Virus record (IMG/VR): IMGVR_UViG_3300033155_001652
Span: 1 to 52,638 of that record
Origin: a virus
Lineage: Duplodnaviria; Caudoviricetes
Reading direction: 5' to 3' (one strand)
DNA: 52,638 nt
The number at the start of each line of letters is the position of its first letter. Position 1 is the stretch's first letter. Below, piece by piece: positions 18,238 through 28,197 of the stretch. A program made the translations under genes and the position numbers. The notes below the pieces were generated by a model. That model was not told where the DNA came from. It saw nothing but the letters and a program-made list of their open reading frames with translations, and did not search any database.

Positions 18238-18433
18238 TATCCCCATCCCACTCAACATTGTTATCTATTAACCAAGTAGCGTCGGGGTCAGGCACATAAG
18301 TAATATCCACTTCCCCATTTGCTGTCACAAGCCATCCTTCTGGCGTTCTCGCTATATATAAGGAAGGAAAGTTATAACGACTCCAGCCATCCGGCCCTTC
18401 CTGCTCAACTCTCTCCCAAATGAGCTTCTTCAT
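18221..18433 (-). CDS. Hypothetical protein
   Basis: 70-aa ORF with RBS, in operon. Confidence 0.55.
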   Translation of the reverse strand: MKKLIWERVEQEGPDGWSRYNFPSLYIARTPEGWLVTANGEVDITYVPDPDATWLIDNNVEWDGDNGEEN

Positions 18434-18442
18434 TTGTTCCCC

Positions 18443-18787
18443 TTATAAATCCCGAAGTGAACCAAGAAATTCTCTCATCTCAGGTAACTCCCCGACGAGA
18501 TGTTGCTTTGCCCGCTCGTAGGCTTCAACTCCTGCTTCTTCAATGAATTCTTTGTAGGCTGGAATTGAGTATTCAATGGCAACAGTGATGCTCTGGTAGG
18601 ATCGGGACATGGTGACTCCAACTCTAGCCGTTGCGAGCGCCGGAGTCGTCGCGAACGAATGTATCTCAACAATCTCTTCGTCTCCAACATCGTCCTCATC
18701 CTTAGCCTTACCCCTTGTCATCTTCACCTTACGAAAAACTTTAAGCTTAGTCGGAACGATCTTACACTCAGGTGTTGTTTCCTTCAT
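18443..18787 (-). CDS. Hypothetical protein
   Basis: 114-aa ORF with ATGA overlap. Confidence 0.65.
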   Translation of the reverse strand: MKETTPECKIVPTKLKVFRKVKMTRGKAKDEDDVGDEEIVEIHSFATTPALATARVGVTMSRSYQSITVAIEYSIPAYKEFIEEAGVEAYERAKQHLVGELPEMREFLGSLRDL

Positions 18788-20238
18788 TTTTTCCCTCTTG
18801 ACGTAGATTTTCTACTTTTTGATATTACATTATTCTTTTTAACTTGGGTTACCTCACAACCTAAATCCTCGTAAGCCCAAATCCGCCTATCTGCTTGTTC
18901 TGAGGCGTATTTGACTCCTGATTCAGTAATGTCAACCCACATTAAAGACTTTCTACCTTCTGGCCCCTTATCGCGAAGTCGCCCTATGGGTTGGAGCGGT
19001 TTTGCTAATGGTGTCACCGCAAAGCCTGTATCTAAGTGAGGCGCGTTGAATGCGGTGGACGCCATTGAATAAGTCGAGAAAATAAAGTCGGCACCTAGAG
19101 CTTCTTCGAGCGTGGCAATTCTTTTCCTCATGTCTTTAGGCTCGCCTTTTTGCTTGCTCTTAGAGATAAAGAGAGCTGATTTTGTCTCAATCTTGGCCTT
19201 TTCCATCTCTTTATCGAAAACTTCTTTCAGTTGTAAAAGATGTTTTCTGTAATGAGAAAAGACGATGGCTTTCCGGCCTTTTTTCCTGGCGTCTACAAGG
19301 AGTTTGCCGATCATGACATTGCGTCCGTGATCTTTTGACACAACCATCCGATACTTAGTCAACTCAGGCTTTTGAGAAGGCCAAGCGGCGTATGAACCTC
19401 TCTTATATGTAGTTTCGTATTCAACAAGTATGACTTTTGGTTTGGCGATGTTTTCGGTCTTATTAATAGTATGCCCAACAGCCCCGAAGTTCCAAGAGAT
19501 GATAGAACCTAAACCATCTTGGCGACTTTCATCCGCGCTCATTCCTAATCTATATCGAGCTGGAAATCTCTGGAGAATCGTCTGCCATACAGGTGCGCCA
19601 TAACGATGGACTTCATCAGCAACAATAACCCCAAATTGTTCAAAAAGCTCAGGTGGAAATTCTCGACCAGAGTAGAGAGTTTGCACCGTCATTATGGTGA
19701 TAGCTTTACCTAAATCGCACCGACCCTCTTTAACAATTCCAATGTCCTCTGGCTTGATACCAAAACATAACTCAGCATGTTCAACCCAATTGTCAATCAT
19801 ATGTTCGGCATAAACTAGAACACCTATAGACTTCTTGAATCTCGCAGCAACAGCGTATCCCAGAATAGTCTTACCACACCCTGTAAAAGCCTTCAGGATG
19901 CCAGCCTTATAGTCAGACAGATGGGCATACATCTTATCAACAGCCTCTGGCTGTCCTCGTTTCGGATCAAGAGTGACTTTCAAATCAAAAGTCTCATCCA
20001 ACCCTGTAACGTCTCTCTGTTCAGACTTCAAGTATAAATCGTGGTCAAAGTATCTTGGCATCCATAACCAGTCGCCATCTTTGACATAGCATTTCACAGT
20101 CTCGTCTGAACCTTTATACTTGCGTTGAGTAAGTGTTAATTGCTGAATCAAATAATTCTTATCTCTGCTTTTTAAGTCTGGTAAATAAACCACAACTCCT
20201 GATTTCGCTAATGATTCTATATTTACCGGCTTCACCAC
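18784..20238 (-). CDS. Superfamily 2 DNA helicase (UvsW/XPB-like)
   Basis: AFTGCGKT, IVADEVH, LGMSA, QPIGRL; GTG start at 20238 or 20235 after GGAGG. Confidence 0.85.
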   Translation of the reverse strand: MVKPVNIESLAKSGVVVYLPDLKSRDKNYLIQQLTLTQRKYKGSDETVKCYVKDGDWLWMPRYFDHDLYLKSEQRDVTGLDETFDLKVTLDPKRGQPEAVDKMYAHLSDYKAGILKAFTGCGKTILGYAVAARFKKSIGVLVYAEHMIDNWVEHAELCFGIKPEDIGIVKEGRCDLGKAITIMTVQTLYSGREFPPELFEQFGVIVADEVHRYGAPVWQTILQRFPARYRLGMSADESRQDGLGSIISWNFGAVGHTINKTENIAKPKVILVEYETTYKRGSYAAWPSQKPELTKYRMVVSKDHGRNVMIGKLLVDARKKGRKAIVFSHYRKHLLQLKEVFDKEMEKAKIETKSALFISKSKQKGEPKDMRKRIATLEEALGADFIFSTYSMASTAFNAPHLDTGFAVTPLAKPLQPIGRLRDKGPEGRKSLMWVDITESGVKYASEQADRRIWAYEDLGCEVTQVKKNNVISKSRKSTSRGKK

Positions 20239-20262
20239 TATACCTCCATAACAGTCTATGTA

Positions 20263-20271
20263 GTTATACCG
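20263..20271 (-). promoter_or_regulatory. Promoter motif C (CGGTATAAC)
   Basis: gttataccg ~15 nt upstream of the helicase RBS. Confidence 0.55.
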
Positions 20272-20357
20272 CCAAGACATAAGATTCGACGAAGATATTT
20301 ATTAAGTTTTTATGAATACAAAATTCGCTGTTCGCGAATAGCAAATACTTTTAGTCA

Positions 20358-22652
20358 TTAATGTATACAATCCCAGGTTCTACCCGACTGACATGTAGCC
20401 GTTAAGGGGACCAGAAGCTCTGCGGCACTACAAAAAGACCCCTCCACCATATCCTTAATTTCCCTGTCAAGACAAGTCGGGCCTGCCATAATTATCTCGT
20501 CATGAATTTGAATAAGGAATTTAACTCTTTTCCATTGTTTCCTGGTTGCTACACCGCCAAATTCAACCTTATTAGAACGTCTACGCATTATCCCCCTCAT
20601 AGCAATCTTCATAATATCTTGAGAAGATCCTGAAACAGCAAACTGAATAGACTGTGTGACAGCTTTGAATTCATTAAACTTATACTCTTTATGAAGACGC
20701 CTTCGCCTTCCTGTAATCGTTGTAGTTACGAAATTATTTCTTGGTAACCTAACAGCATGTTTTTCATGAAATTCTTTAATACCATAATAAGATCGAAACC
20801 ATTTATAAGACAGCTTTTGAGCATAAACTTTGCGGGGAACGCCTCGACTATCATAAAGACCAGCATTTGAGCAAAACGTGTATGCACCCATTCGATAAAG
20901 AAGACCAAAATTAAGCGTCTTAGCTAACTGGCGGGGAACTCCAACGTCCTCGGCGGTCCTTTGGTGAATATCGCAGTGACGGCACCGACCGCTATCCTTA
21001 TATAAATCGCAACCACCTATTCCTTCACGACAAACATTTCCAGCACGGTATACCTCAAGCATACTTTTATCTTTAGATAAATGAGCCGCAACCTTTAACT
21101 CAATCTGATCATAGTCGCAACCGAATAGGCGCATGTCACACTCACCCGATAAGACCGATTCTTCTAAACCTGAACAGAATGCCTTACGGATCAATCCTTT
21201 CTCTCTTGGTTGATTCATAAGATTTACAGGGTTTGAACTGCTGAGACGACCAATAACGGTGCCAGTCTGATTAAAATGAGCGTAGAGCCTACCGTCCGGT
21301 TCTTGTTCGACCACCTTGATGATCTTTTTAGCAAATGTAGCGTCAATGGTATCGCGGCTTCTCCAATCTAAGATGCCTTTAACAATGATAGGCTCGGCAA
21401 CTTTGAACCGTTGTAAGACTTTATTACTCGTCGGCAACTTTCCACCTGGAGTCCTTTGTAGATCGTCACCTTCTAATTCAAGCCCACCAAGCTCAGGAGT
21501 GGAATACAAGAGATGAGCTACATCTTGAGGCGAATTGAAGTTAGGCGGCTTTGCCGACCAATCTCTTCTCGCTTCCCCTTTTTTTACACTCGAAGCACCT
21601 TCTTTTGAACCATCCCCCCAACCAAATAAAACCTGTCCATCCAAAGCAAGCTCGCTATCTTTTGGGTCAGGCAGTCGTCTCAAAAGCTCTTTAGTGACGC
21701 TCTTATAAATCTCGATCTTCTCTTCCCCTAGACGCTTACTGACACAATCTAAATGCTCCCAATCTATGAAGACGCCTTCACCCTCCATCTCAGTAATAAT
21801 CTTAGTGATGGGCATCTCAATATTCCAAAACACCTTTTCAAGTCTACCGCTTGGATCTTGACGACGAATTGATTTCATTGACCAATCAAACAGCTTCCAG
21901 GTCCATTCGACATCGTCCATTGCATACGCGCCAAGGGGCATACATGACCAATCGTCGGAAAAGTATTCGTCATTGTCTACCTTCCGTCGTCTTCGGGCGC
22001 TAACGGCGCTTCTGGTCCCGTCACCCCAGCCAAAACCAAGGCGATCCGTGTAATTCACCATAGCCTCTTTATACGACGTCATCTTATACTTAAAAACCCG
22101 CTCGACGCTTTGCTTCAAACCATACCGGCGCAAGGTTTCGTTATGAATATAGTGAGCGACCATTGAGTCGGCCCACTTACACAAGATGGGTATACCTTCT
22201 TCAAGACCACTTGCTTGTCGAATAAAGCTGGCGTCAAATTTAATATGATGCGCCAAGCAGGTTATGGAAGGTATCGAGAATAACTCTCTGAGACCCTCCA
22301 TTATTTCCTCTTGATCGAGTGGTTCCCTTAGTGACTCCCATTCCTGTTGCACTTTTGAATTGCAAACAGGGCATTTATTAGTGGCCTTGATTCTAAGAGC
22401 TTCCCAATCGCAATGAGTGCAGGAAGCACGAACGACCACCATGGTATCCTTTACGAATGGATACCAAACCCTTTCTGCTGGCAGGTCTTTTACGGGGGGA
22501 AGATAAAAGGAGATACCGTCAATACGGTCGCGACGGGGGTTTAGACCTGTTGTCTCAAGGTCGAACGTAAATATTTCGCGCTTCTCAGCGCCTTTGATCA
22601 AATCCGAGATTTTCATAATCCCTAGATCAGAAAACTCCTCGATGGATACCAT
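20358..22652 (-). CDS. polA: Family A DNA polymerase (3'-5' exonuclease + polymerase)
   Basis: FDLETTGL, HIKFD, YAMDD (exo I-III); TVIGRLSSSNPVNLMNQP, CDYDQIELKV (motif A), RQLAKTLNFGLLY (motif B), QIHDEI (motif C). Confidence 0.95.
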   Translation of the reverse strand: MVSIEEFSDLGIMKISDLIKGAEKREIFTFDLETTGLNPRRDRIDGISFYLPPVKDLPAERVWYPFVKDTMVVVRASCTHCDWEALRIKATNKCPVCNSKVQQEWESLREPLDQEEIMEGLRELFSIPSITCLAHHIKFDASFIRQASGLEEGIPILCKWADSMVAHYIHNETLRRYGLKQSVERVFKYKMTSYKEAMVNYTDRLGFGWGDGTRSAVSARRRRKVDNDEYFSDDWSCMPLGAYAMDDVEWTWKLFDWSMKSIRRQDPSGRLEKVFWNIEMPITKIITEMEGEGVFIDWEHLDCVSKRLGEEKIEIYKSVTKELLRRLPDPKDSELALDGQVLFGWGDGSKEGASSVKKGEARRDWSAKPPNFNSPQDVAHLLYSTPELGGLELEGDDLQRTPGGKLPTSNKVLQRFKVAEPIIVKGILDWRSRDTIDATFAKKIIKVVEQEPDGRLYAHFNQTGTVIGRLSSSNPVNLMNQPREKGLIRKAFCSGLEESVLSGECDMRLFGCDYDQIELKVAAHLSKDKSMLEVYRAGNVCREGIGGCDLYKDSGRCRHCDIHQRTAEDVGVPRQLAKTLNFGLLYRMGAYTFCSNAGLYDSRGVPRKVYAQKLSYKWFRSYYGIKEFHEKHAVRLPRNNFVTTTITGRRRRLHKEYKFNEFKAVTQSIQFAVSGSSQDIMKIAMRGIMRRRSNKVEFGGVATRKQWKRVKFLIQIHDEIIMAGPTCLDREIKDMVEGSFCSAAELLVPLTATCQSGRTWDCIH

Positions 22653-22686
22653 CGCAAGCCTCCGTTTTCATTGTTTGTGTAAGGAT

Positions 22687-22977
22687 TTATCGCCGCTTTT
22701 TATCAACGAATGTTTTAAGAGCGGAACCGCACTTAAAGCTAACCGTCTTTGAAGCTTTGATCATAATTGATTCCCCTGTTTTCGGGTTTCTCCCTTTACG
22801 TTTTTTACGTTTCTTGACATTGAAAGAACCAAATCCAATAAGCTGGACCTGACCGTCTTCTTTAAGACCATTGGTGATAGACTCTAAAACTGTTTCTAAA
22901 ACCCGACCCGCTGCCGCTTTAGATGGAATTTCACTGCTATTTTCCATAATAGCAGTTACAAGCTCTTGCTTATTCAT
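22687..22977 (-). CDS. hup: HU-like DNA-binding protein
   Basis: MNKQELV..VQLIGFGSF..RKGRNPKTGE..KTVSFK. Confidence 0.95.
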   Translation of the reverse strand: MNKQELVTAIMENSSEIPSKAAAGRVLETVLESITNGLKEDGQVQLIGFGSFNVKKRKKRKGRNPKTGESIMIKASKTVSFKCGSALKTFVDKKRR

Positions 22978-23071
22978 TTTTGGTTCCTTTCGATGAACCT
23001 GAAAAGATTGTTTTAATTGACCCAACCCATTTCGATACCGTCAGGCCAACTAAAACGAGTTTAACAATTTA

Positions 23072-23893
23072 TCAGAACGGTACTTCTTCTTCCGGTGCTG
23101 ATCGTCTGCTTTTCTTTTTAGGCTCAGGCTTATCCCACTTGTTTGGTGGGGCTACATGACCTTCAAGATCACGAGCTAACTCTTCCATCGCCTCATACGA
23201 ATAGGGAGCAAACAGTTGATCGTAAGAGACGGGCTGAATGTACTCTTCAGGGGAAATCCCCTTACGGGCAGCGGTCTCCTCAAATTCCTTTAGCATCTCT
23301 TCTTCAGTCAAGCGTTTCGTAGGTGTGTGGGCGCTACCAATACGAGGTGACTTTTGCTCTTTGTTGCGCCTAACACGAATCTGATATCCTCGGAAGTCGG
23401 CACCTACACCGCCATCCTCCTCATCATCGTCCATCATTTGCTCAAAATCTGGAACTTTTCCCTTATGAATCAACAATACGCGCCGATTATCCTTATAAAC
23501 GGTACCGGCGTTACGTCCTTCATCGGGAATGAATTCTGTACGATCAATACAGGAGCCAACAAGATACCAAGTAGGGTCGCCTACTTGGTCACACAAAGGG
23601 CATCCTTTGCTATCTACATGCGCTCTACAAACAGCGTAGTTATCCCTGGACTTCTCAAAATAGAACCGTGGATGCAATAATAGGTTGTAACCCAAACAAC
23701 CCTTGTCTAACATCACGATGTTAGTCTTCCGGTCATTAAAGATGTAGAAAGGTTTGATTCTTTTACGACCTGAATCAAATACCTCATACATATGAAATGG
23801 ATGTTCCTCGAATTTATCCGAGTCCACTTTTCGTCTCGTTGGAGGGGGACCACCACCTGGACCCCAGTACTCTCTTTTTGTTGACTTGCTCAT
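23072..23893 (-). CDS. Single-stranded DNA-binding protein (gp32-like)
   Basis: H..C..CPLC Zn motif, acidic C-terminal EEEVPF tail, located in replication cluster. Confidence 0.7.
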   Translation of the reverse strand: MSKSTKREYWGPGGGPPPTRRKVDSDKFEEHPFHMYEVFDSGRKRIKPFYIFNDRKTNIVMLDKGCLGYNLLLHPRFYFEKSRDNYAVCRAHVDSKGCPLCDQVGDPTWYLVGSCIDRTEFIPDEGRNAGTVYKDNRRVLLIHKGKVPDFEQMMDDDEEDGGVGADFRGYQIRVRRNKEQKSPRIGSAHTPTKRLTEEEMLKEFEETAARKGISPEEYIQPVSYDQLFAPYSYEAMEELARDLEGHVAPPNKWDKPEPKKKSRRSAPEEEVPF

Positions 23894-23929
23894 TGAGCTT
23901 CTCCTTGAATCCTGCACCATTGCTAGATC

Positions 23930-23945
23930 CTATAATGTTATACCG
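23930..23945 (-). promoter_or_regulatory. Promoter motif C (CGGTATAACATTATAG)
   Basis: Identical to 15642-15657; intergenic, upstream of the SSB gene. Confidence 0.6.
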
Positions 23946-23959
23946 CTAACAAAAGTAAT

Positions 23960-25828
23960 CTAGCGATAAAAAATAGATGTTTCTCGTAAAACTTTTCGTA
24001 GTAGTACAAAAAACTGTTCGGCCATATCTTCGATTTTCGATACGACAACATAATTCGCAAAATAATTCTTGACGTGATCTGTACCCATGCCGACGCCTAT
24101 TACTGACACACCCGCTTTCTCTACCCTCTCTACTGATCTTTTAAGATGCGAGTCCAATACAGAGCAGGTCTCTGGAGTTGAAGCCGGTACGCCGTCGCTG
24201 AACATAATAATAATAGGCTTCGCCCCTACAGCAGCTTGAGACAACACCCTATGAGCCGCCCATAACAAACCTTCACCATCCACATTTTGATCCGCATAAT
24301 TCATCTTACCCAACGCAACAAAGCGGTCTCTCGATTGGTTATACCCTTCTCTAACCTGCTTAACTACTAGATGTAGAAGAGGTCGAACACGATCATAGGC
24401 ACCACCCATAGATTTATGCTTAGAGTAAATATCCCCGCTAAAATAATCCCGTGTCGTAAAACCCAAGCATTCATGATCAACATTAATCAAGTCAAGTGTC
24501 TGAGACATCGCCGCTGCACATTGAGCGGCCAGATAAATGTTCTTGTAAGCGCCGGTACGAACATACATCGATGAAGAACAATCAACGAGTAGGCTAACAA
24601 AGGCATTAACAACAATCGCAGGGGTACGATTCTTAAAAACCCTATTCGACCCAAACGCAACCTTAAATAATGATCGTCCGTCGATCTTACCCTTCTTTTT
24701 ATGTCTCACAACCTTCCGACCTACCCCTTGGAATTCCATAAGAGTCTTCCGGCGCAAAACAGGCACTGTTGCCTTAACCGAATGCAGAAACTCTTCCCTG
24801 TCTCTCCAACGAACCGAGTTAGAGTCTATGACCCTGACTACGTCTTGATCCGTATCTGCGAGATAAAAGTCACGCGAAGTAAACTTTTTATCACTAACAA
24901 TACTCTTGCGAACATCCGCGATAGCAGAATCCTTAAGCAATTTAGCTAACTTACGAAACTCTTTTTTTGTCGGGTCTGATTCGCTTTCAGAGGGAGCTTT
25001 ATCCTCCGATGTTGACGACAAGTCTTTATCCTCACTAATTTCGCTTTCATCCGGCTTGCCAGCATCTCCTTCTGAAGAAGATTTGTCCTTCTCACCTTCA
25101 GGCTTTTCGGGGCTTGCAGACGGTTTTTTTCCTTTTTTGCCCTTCTTGGGGGTGTCCTTCTCGCTATTAGTTCGCACCTTTTTGCAATCTGCGCTTTTCT
25201 TTTTGGGCGACTTTGTATCCGACTTAGCCCAATGCGACCAACGTTCTTTTAACTCTTTAGACTTTGTCACAACCTCATAAGTCGTGGGCAATCCTTTAAG
25301 AGTAGGAATGATGTCATCAATCTCATCGAACAATTCATCAACGTCTTCGCCAACCATACGAAGCACTTTTGACCGCTCGTGACCGAAGGTAAGAAGGGTT
25401 ACACCAGCGAGGGCGCGGCGTCTCTTCGATTCTTCTGAGCTATCCCTGCTCTCCCTGATGCGATCAATAGCTCGTCCTCCACTATTAGCTAGATTCTCAC
25501 CGCAACCGTAGTATTCGTCAGTTATGAGTTTTTCTATCCTGCCATCCTCGACAACATTAATCAAAAGCTTAAGAAACGGACATTTAATATCTTCAAGAGC
25601 TGTAATATCTGTATGCTTAAAGTGTCCTGACTCATGATCACAGTCACCACGAAGATCCTCTAAATCTATGGAGCTTAATTCGTCGGGTGTAGGACGAAGA
25701 TGCATAACCCTGTTTTTTAAGTCAGCATAAGGCGCGTCCTTAGCGTCATAAACAACATGAACGTCCATCCCAGCCAAACTAGAAGCAGTAACTCCTTGAG
25801 CCGACTCAATATACTGTTTAGGTCTCAC
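23960..25828 (-). CDS. CobT-like VWA-domain protein with N-terminal HExxH domain
   Basis: DHESGH..NVVEDGRIE; charged linker; MIDAS LLVDCSSSM, NVDGE, FSDGVP. Confidence 0.8.
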   Translation of the reverse strand: MRPKQYIESAQGVTASSLAGMDVHVVYDAKDAPYADLKNRVMHLRPTPDELSSIDLEDLRGDCDHESGHFKHTDITALEDIKCPFLKLLINVVEDGRIEKLITDEYYGCGENLANSGGRAIDRIRESRDSSEESKRRRALAGVTLLTFGHERSKVLRMVGEDVDELFDEIDDIIPTLKGLPTTYEVVTKSKELKERWSHWAKSDTKSPKKKSADCKKVRTNSEKDTPKKGKKGKKPSASPEKPEGEKDKSSSEGDAGKPDESEISEDKDLSSTSEDKAPSESESDPTKKEFRKLAKLLKDSAIADVRKSIVSDKKFTSRDFYLADTDQDVVRVIDSNSVRWRDREEFLHSVKATVPVLRRKTLMEFQGVGRKVVRHKKKGKIDGRSLFKVAFGSNRVFKNRTPAIVVNAFVSLLVDCSSSMYVRTGAYKNIYLAAQCAAAMSQTLDLINVDHECLGFTTRDYFSGDIYSKHKSMGGAYDRVRPLLHLVVKQVREGYNQSRDRFVALGKMNYADQNVDGEGLLWAAHRVLSQAAVGAKPIIIMFSDGVPASTPETCSVLDSHLKRSVERVEKAGVSVIGVGMGTDHVKNYFANYVVVSKIEDMAEQFFVLLRKVLRETSIFYR

Positions 25829-27105
25829 AATGCCCCCAGTGGGGTTTCGTATTTCCCGCCATATACTCTTTTAAGTATTTCCTCAAAAGAGCAACGATCC
25901 TCCATAGTAGCTCGATTTAACACGGAAAATGTCCATGCGTCTTCCGGTGACATCCCAGCAACTAGGTTTCTACTTACAGCTAAAGTACGGCGTAAAGAAA
26001 CAGACATCATGACTTTTTCGCTATCAAGAGCTTTACGCATTAAATCCGCAGTCTTAACAACGTTCTCGGCATATTTCATGGGCAAGCCAATACGCTTATT
26101 AATAATGAGTGACTCCTGGTCTTTGGTGGGGTAACTAACCCGAATAAAACAATTCCATCGATCAAGGAAAGCTTCATCCTGCAAGGCTCGACCATGGTAA
26201 AGACCCATAGAATCACCTCGTCCTTCGGTGTTTTGGGTGCCTGTTACTCGAAAATTGTCGTGGCGATCAATAGACCCATCGTACCCTTTTCTAAGGATCT
26301 CCATAGAACGACCATCAATGATCCTATAAAGCGCATAACAAGCCTCTGGAGGCACTGCGTCTGCCTCATCCAGAAGCAAGCCATAACCTTTCTCAAGGGC
26401 AATTGCAGGAGCAGCAGGATTAAATACGGTCTTCATCCCGCCCGACTCAGTATCAACTAGATCTGTCACACCCTCTAGGTCATCCGCTGTTTGAGACGGG
26501 TTACAAGAAACTATAAGCAATCTTTGATTTAACTCTTTGAAGAGTTGTTCGACTGCTTCAGATTTGCCCGCGCCAGCAGGACCGATAAGAAGAACAGACA
26601 ACCCCGCTTTTACGAACTTTCTAAAGTTATTGAACCAATCAGGATAGAGGAAAAAGTTATCGTCTATCCCTTCTTTCTCTATCACCATCGAGTCAATCTT
26701 GGGTGCGGCACCTTTGATTGTCTGTTTACGTATCTTTCCCATTGAGTCCATATAAAAAACGGACCCTTTTCGAGCCGAAGCTCTAATAAAAGACGGGTGA
26801 CAAATAAGAGATTCAGCAGAAAGACCGTCTGCTTGCTCTGTTATATCATCGACGCTAAATACTTCCTCTTCTCCTTTTAACATCCAATCAACAACGTCAT
26901 CACACAAGTATTTCTCCACTGTCCTTTTGGAGTTTATCTTTAACGAAGACCCGAAAGAATCACCCATAGATGTTGATACTTCATTACTACCAACAAACCT
27001 AGATCGAAAAGCATCGACAGCCCCTGAAGCTGACCCTTTCAATTTCTTCTTTGTCACCGCTGGTTTTTTATCCCAAGGTTTCTTAGGAATAATTGGTTTC
27101 TTCAT
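25825..27105 (-). CDS. CobS-like / MoxR-type AAA+ ATPase
   Basis: LLIGPAGAGKS, LLLDEAD, TQNTEGRG, DEAFLDRW, SLRR. Confidence 0.85.
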   Translation of the reverse strand: MKKPIIPKKPWDKKPAVTKKKLKGSASGAVDAFRSRFVGSNEVSTSMGDSFGSSLKINSKRTVEKYLCDDVVDWMLKGEEEVFSVDDITEQADGLSAESLICHPSFIRASARKGSVFYMDSMGKIRKQTIKGAAPKIDSMVIEKEGIDDNFFLYPDWFNNFRKFVKAGLSVLLIGPAGAGKSEAVEQLFKELNQRLLIVSCNPSQTADDLEGVTDLVDTESGGMKTVFNPAAPAIALEKGYGLLLDEADAVPPEACYALYRIIDGRSMEILRKGYDGSIDRHDNFRVTGTQNTEGRGDSMGLYHGRALQDEAFLDRWNCFIRVSYPTKDQESLIINKRIGLPMKYAENVVKTADLMRKALDSEKVMMSVSLRRTLAVSRNLVAGMSPEDAWTFSVLNRATMEDRCSFEEILKRVYGGKYETPLGAL

Positions 27106-27134
27106 TAATAACCCCCAAATTAAATAACTTATTT

Positions 27135-28187
27135 CTATCTTGTAATACCGCCAAGAGGGGTGTTCCAGCGAACATTTCTAAGAATAATAGACGCCGATTT
27201 AATAAGATCCCTGATGGCTTCAATACTTAATGACCCTGGGTCTTCACCAATAGGAGTCTGAACAAGCCTCAAAGACAATGGTTTCAACGATTTGACAGCT
27301 TTACGTGCCATAATACGACCAGCAGCATCACCATCAGCAAATATATAAACTGTCGAAGGACAACTATTTTTTATAGTCACTACATGTTCTTTTGTTAAAC
27401 CAGAACCCATACACGCGACTGCGCCGACGTCTCCTCCCATCGCCTGATGAACCATCAAAGCATCGCCTGGACCCTCGACCAGTATCACAGGCTTGCCCGT
27501 CTTAAGTAAATGCCCCCCAAACAAATACTTTGACTTATTAAGACCAGAGTAATTAAACCACTTCGGAGACCTATCCCCTGTAATATCCCGACCAGTCATA
27601 CCAATCAACTTACCGTCATGCCTACGACACGGGAAAACAAGCCTCTCCTTCCTCGGATCGAACCTCAGTCCCCAATATCTACAAGTATCCTCAGACAACC
27701 CCCTATCTATGGTGTATTTAGGCAAATCACTAACAAAGCCTAAGTCATCGAAGACACTCTCCTGTAGAATATCCCGCTCATCAGGATCTCTTCTGTTATA
27801 AACTGCATTACATCGCTCAACACGTTTTTTCACTCGTAACCGGGCGCGGCCAGTTATTGTTGACCAATCTTGCTTTTCTTGCTTATTTAACCAACTAAGA
27901 AGTTTAACAAACTTATAGTCGGCCTTACGCATCGCTACAGCCTTTTCAATAAGCCTAAGTAACGAACCCTCAAACCCGCAAGAAATAGAATGACACTTGG
28001 CAACCGAAGGACCGGCTTCCTCGATTTTAATAGAACAAGAATTATTATCGTCGTAAGGGTTAGAATGTGTACTGATAGCTAAGGGGCATGACACTGAGAT
28101 ATGCGGTCCCCTAGACCCACCTATATAATCTCGTGTATATTCAAGACCTAATTCATTACATATTCTCACAATCCCTGTAGAGTCCAT
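27135..28187 (-). CDS. DNA primase (Zn-binding + TOPRIM)
   Basis: CPL..H..C..C N-terminal Zn domain; RLVFP, GR, ILVEGPGDAL, FADGDAAG, GEDPG. Confidence 0.85.
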   Translation of the reverse strand: MDSTGIVRICNELGLEYTRDYIGGSRGPHISVSCPLAISTHSNPYDDNNSCSIKIEEAGPSVAKCHSISCGFEGSLLRLIEKAVAMRKADYKFVKLLSWLNKQEKQDWSTITGRARLRVKKRVERCNAVYNRRDPDERDILQESVFDDLGFVSDLPKYTIDRGLSEDTCRYWGLRFDPRKERLVFPCRRHDGKLIGMTGRDITGDRSPKWFNYSGLNKSKYLFGGHLLKTGKPVILVEGPGDALMVHQAMGGDVGAVACMGSGLTKEHVVTIKNSCPSTVYIFADGDAAGRIMARKAVKSLKPLSLRLVQTPIGEDPGSLSIEAIRDLIKSASIILRNVRWNTPLGGITR

Positions 28188-28197
28188 CTAACTACCC

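Noticed and set aside
23960-27105. Functional cobalamin biosynthesis (cobaltochelatase) genes
   Set aside because: No CobN or other cob genes; phage CobS/CobT-like pairs are generic AAA-VWA modules
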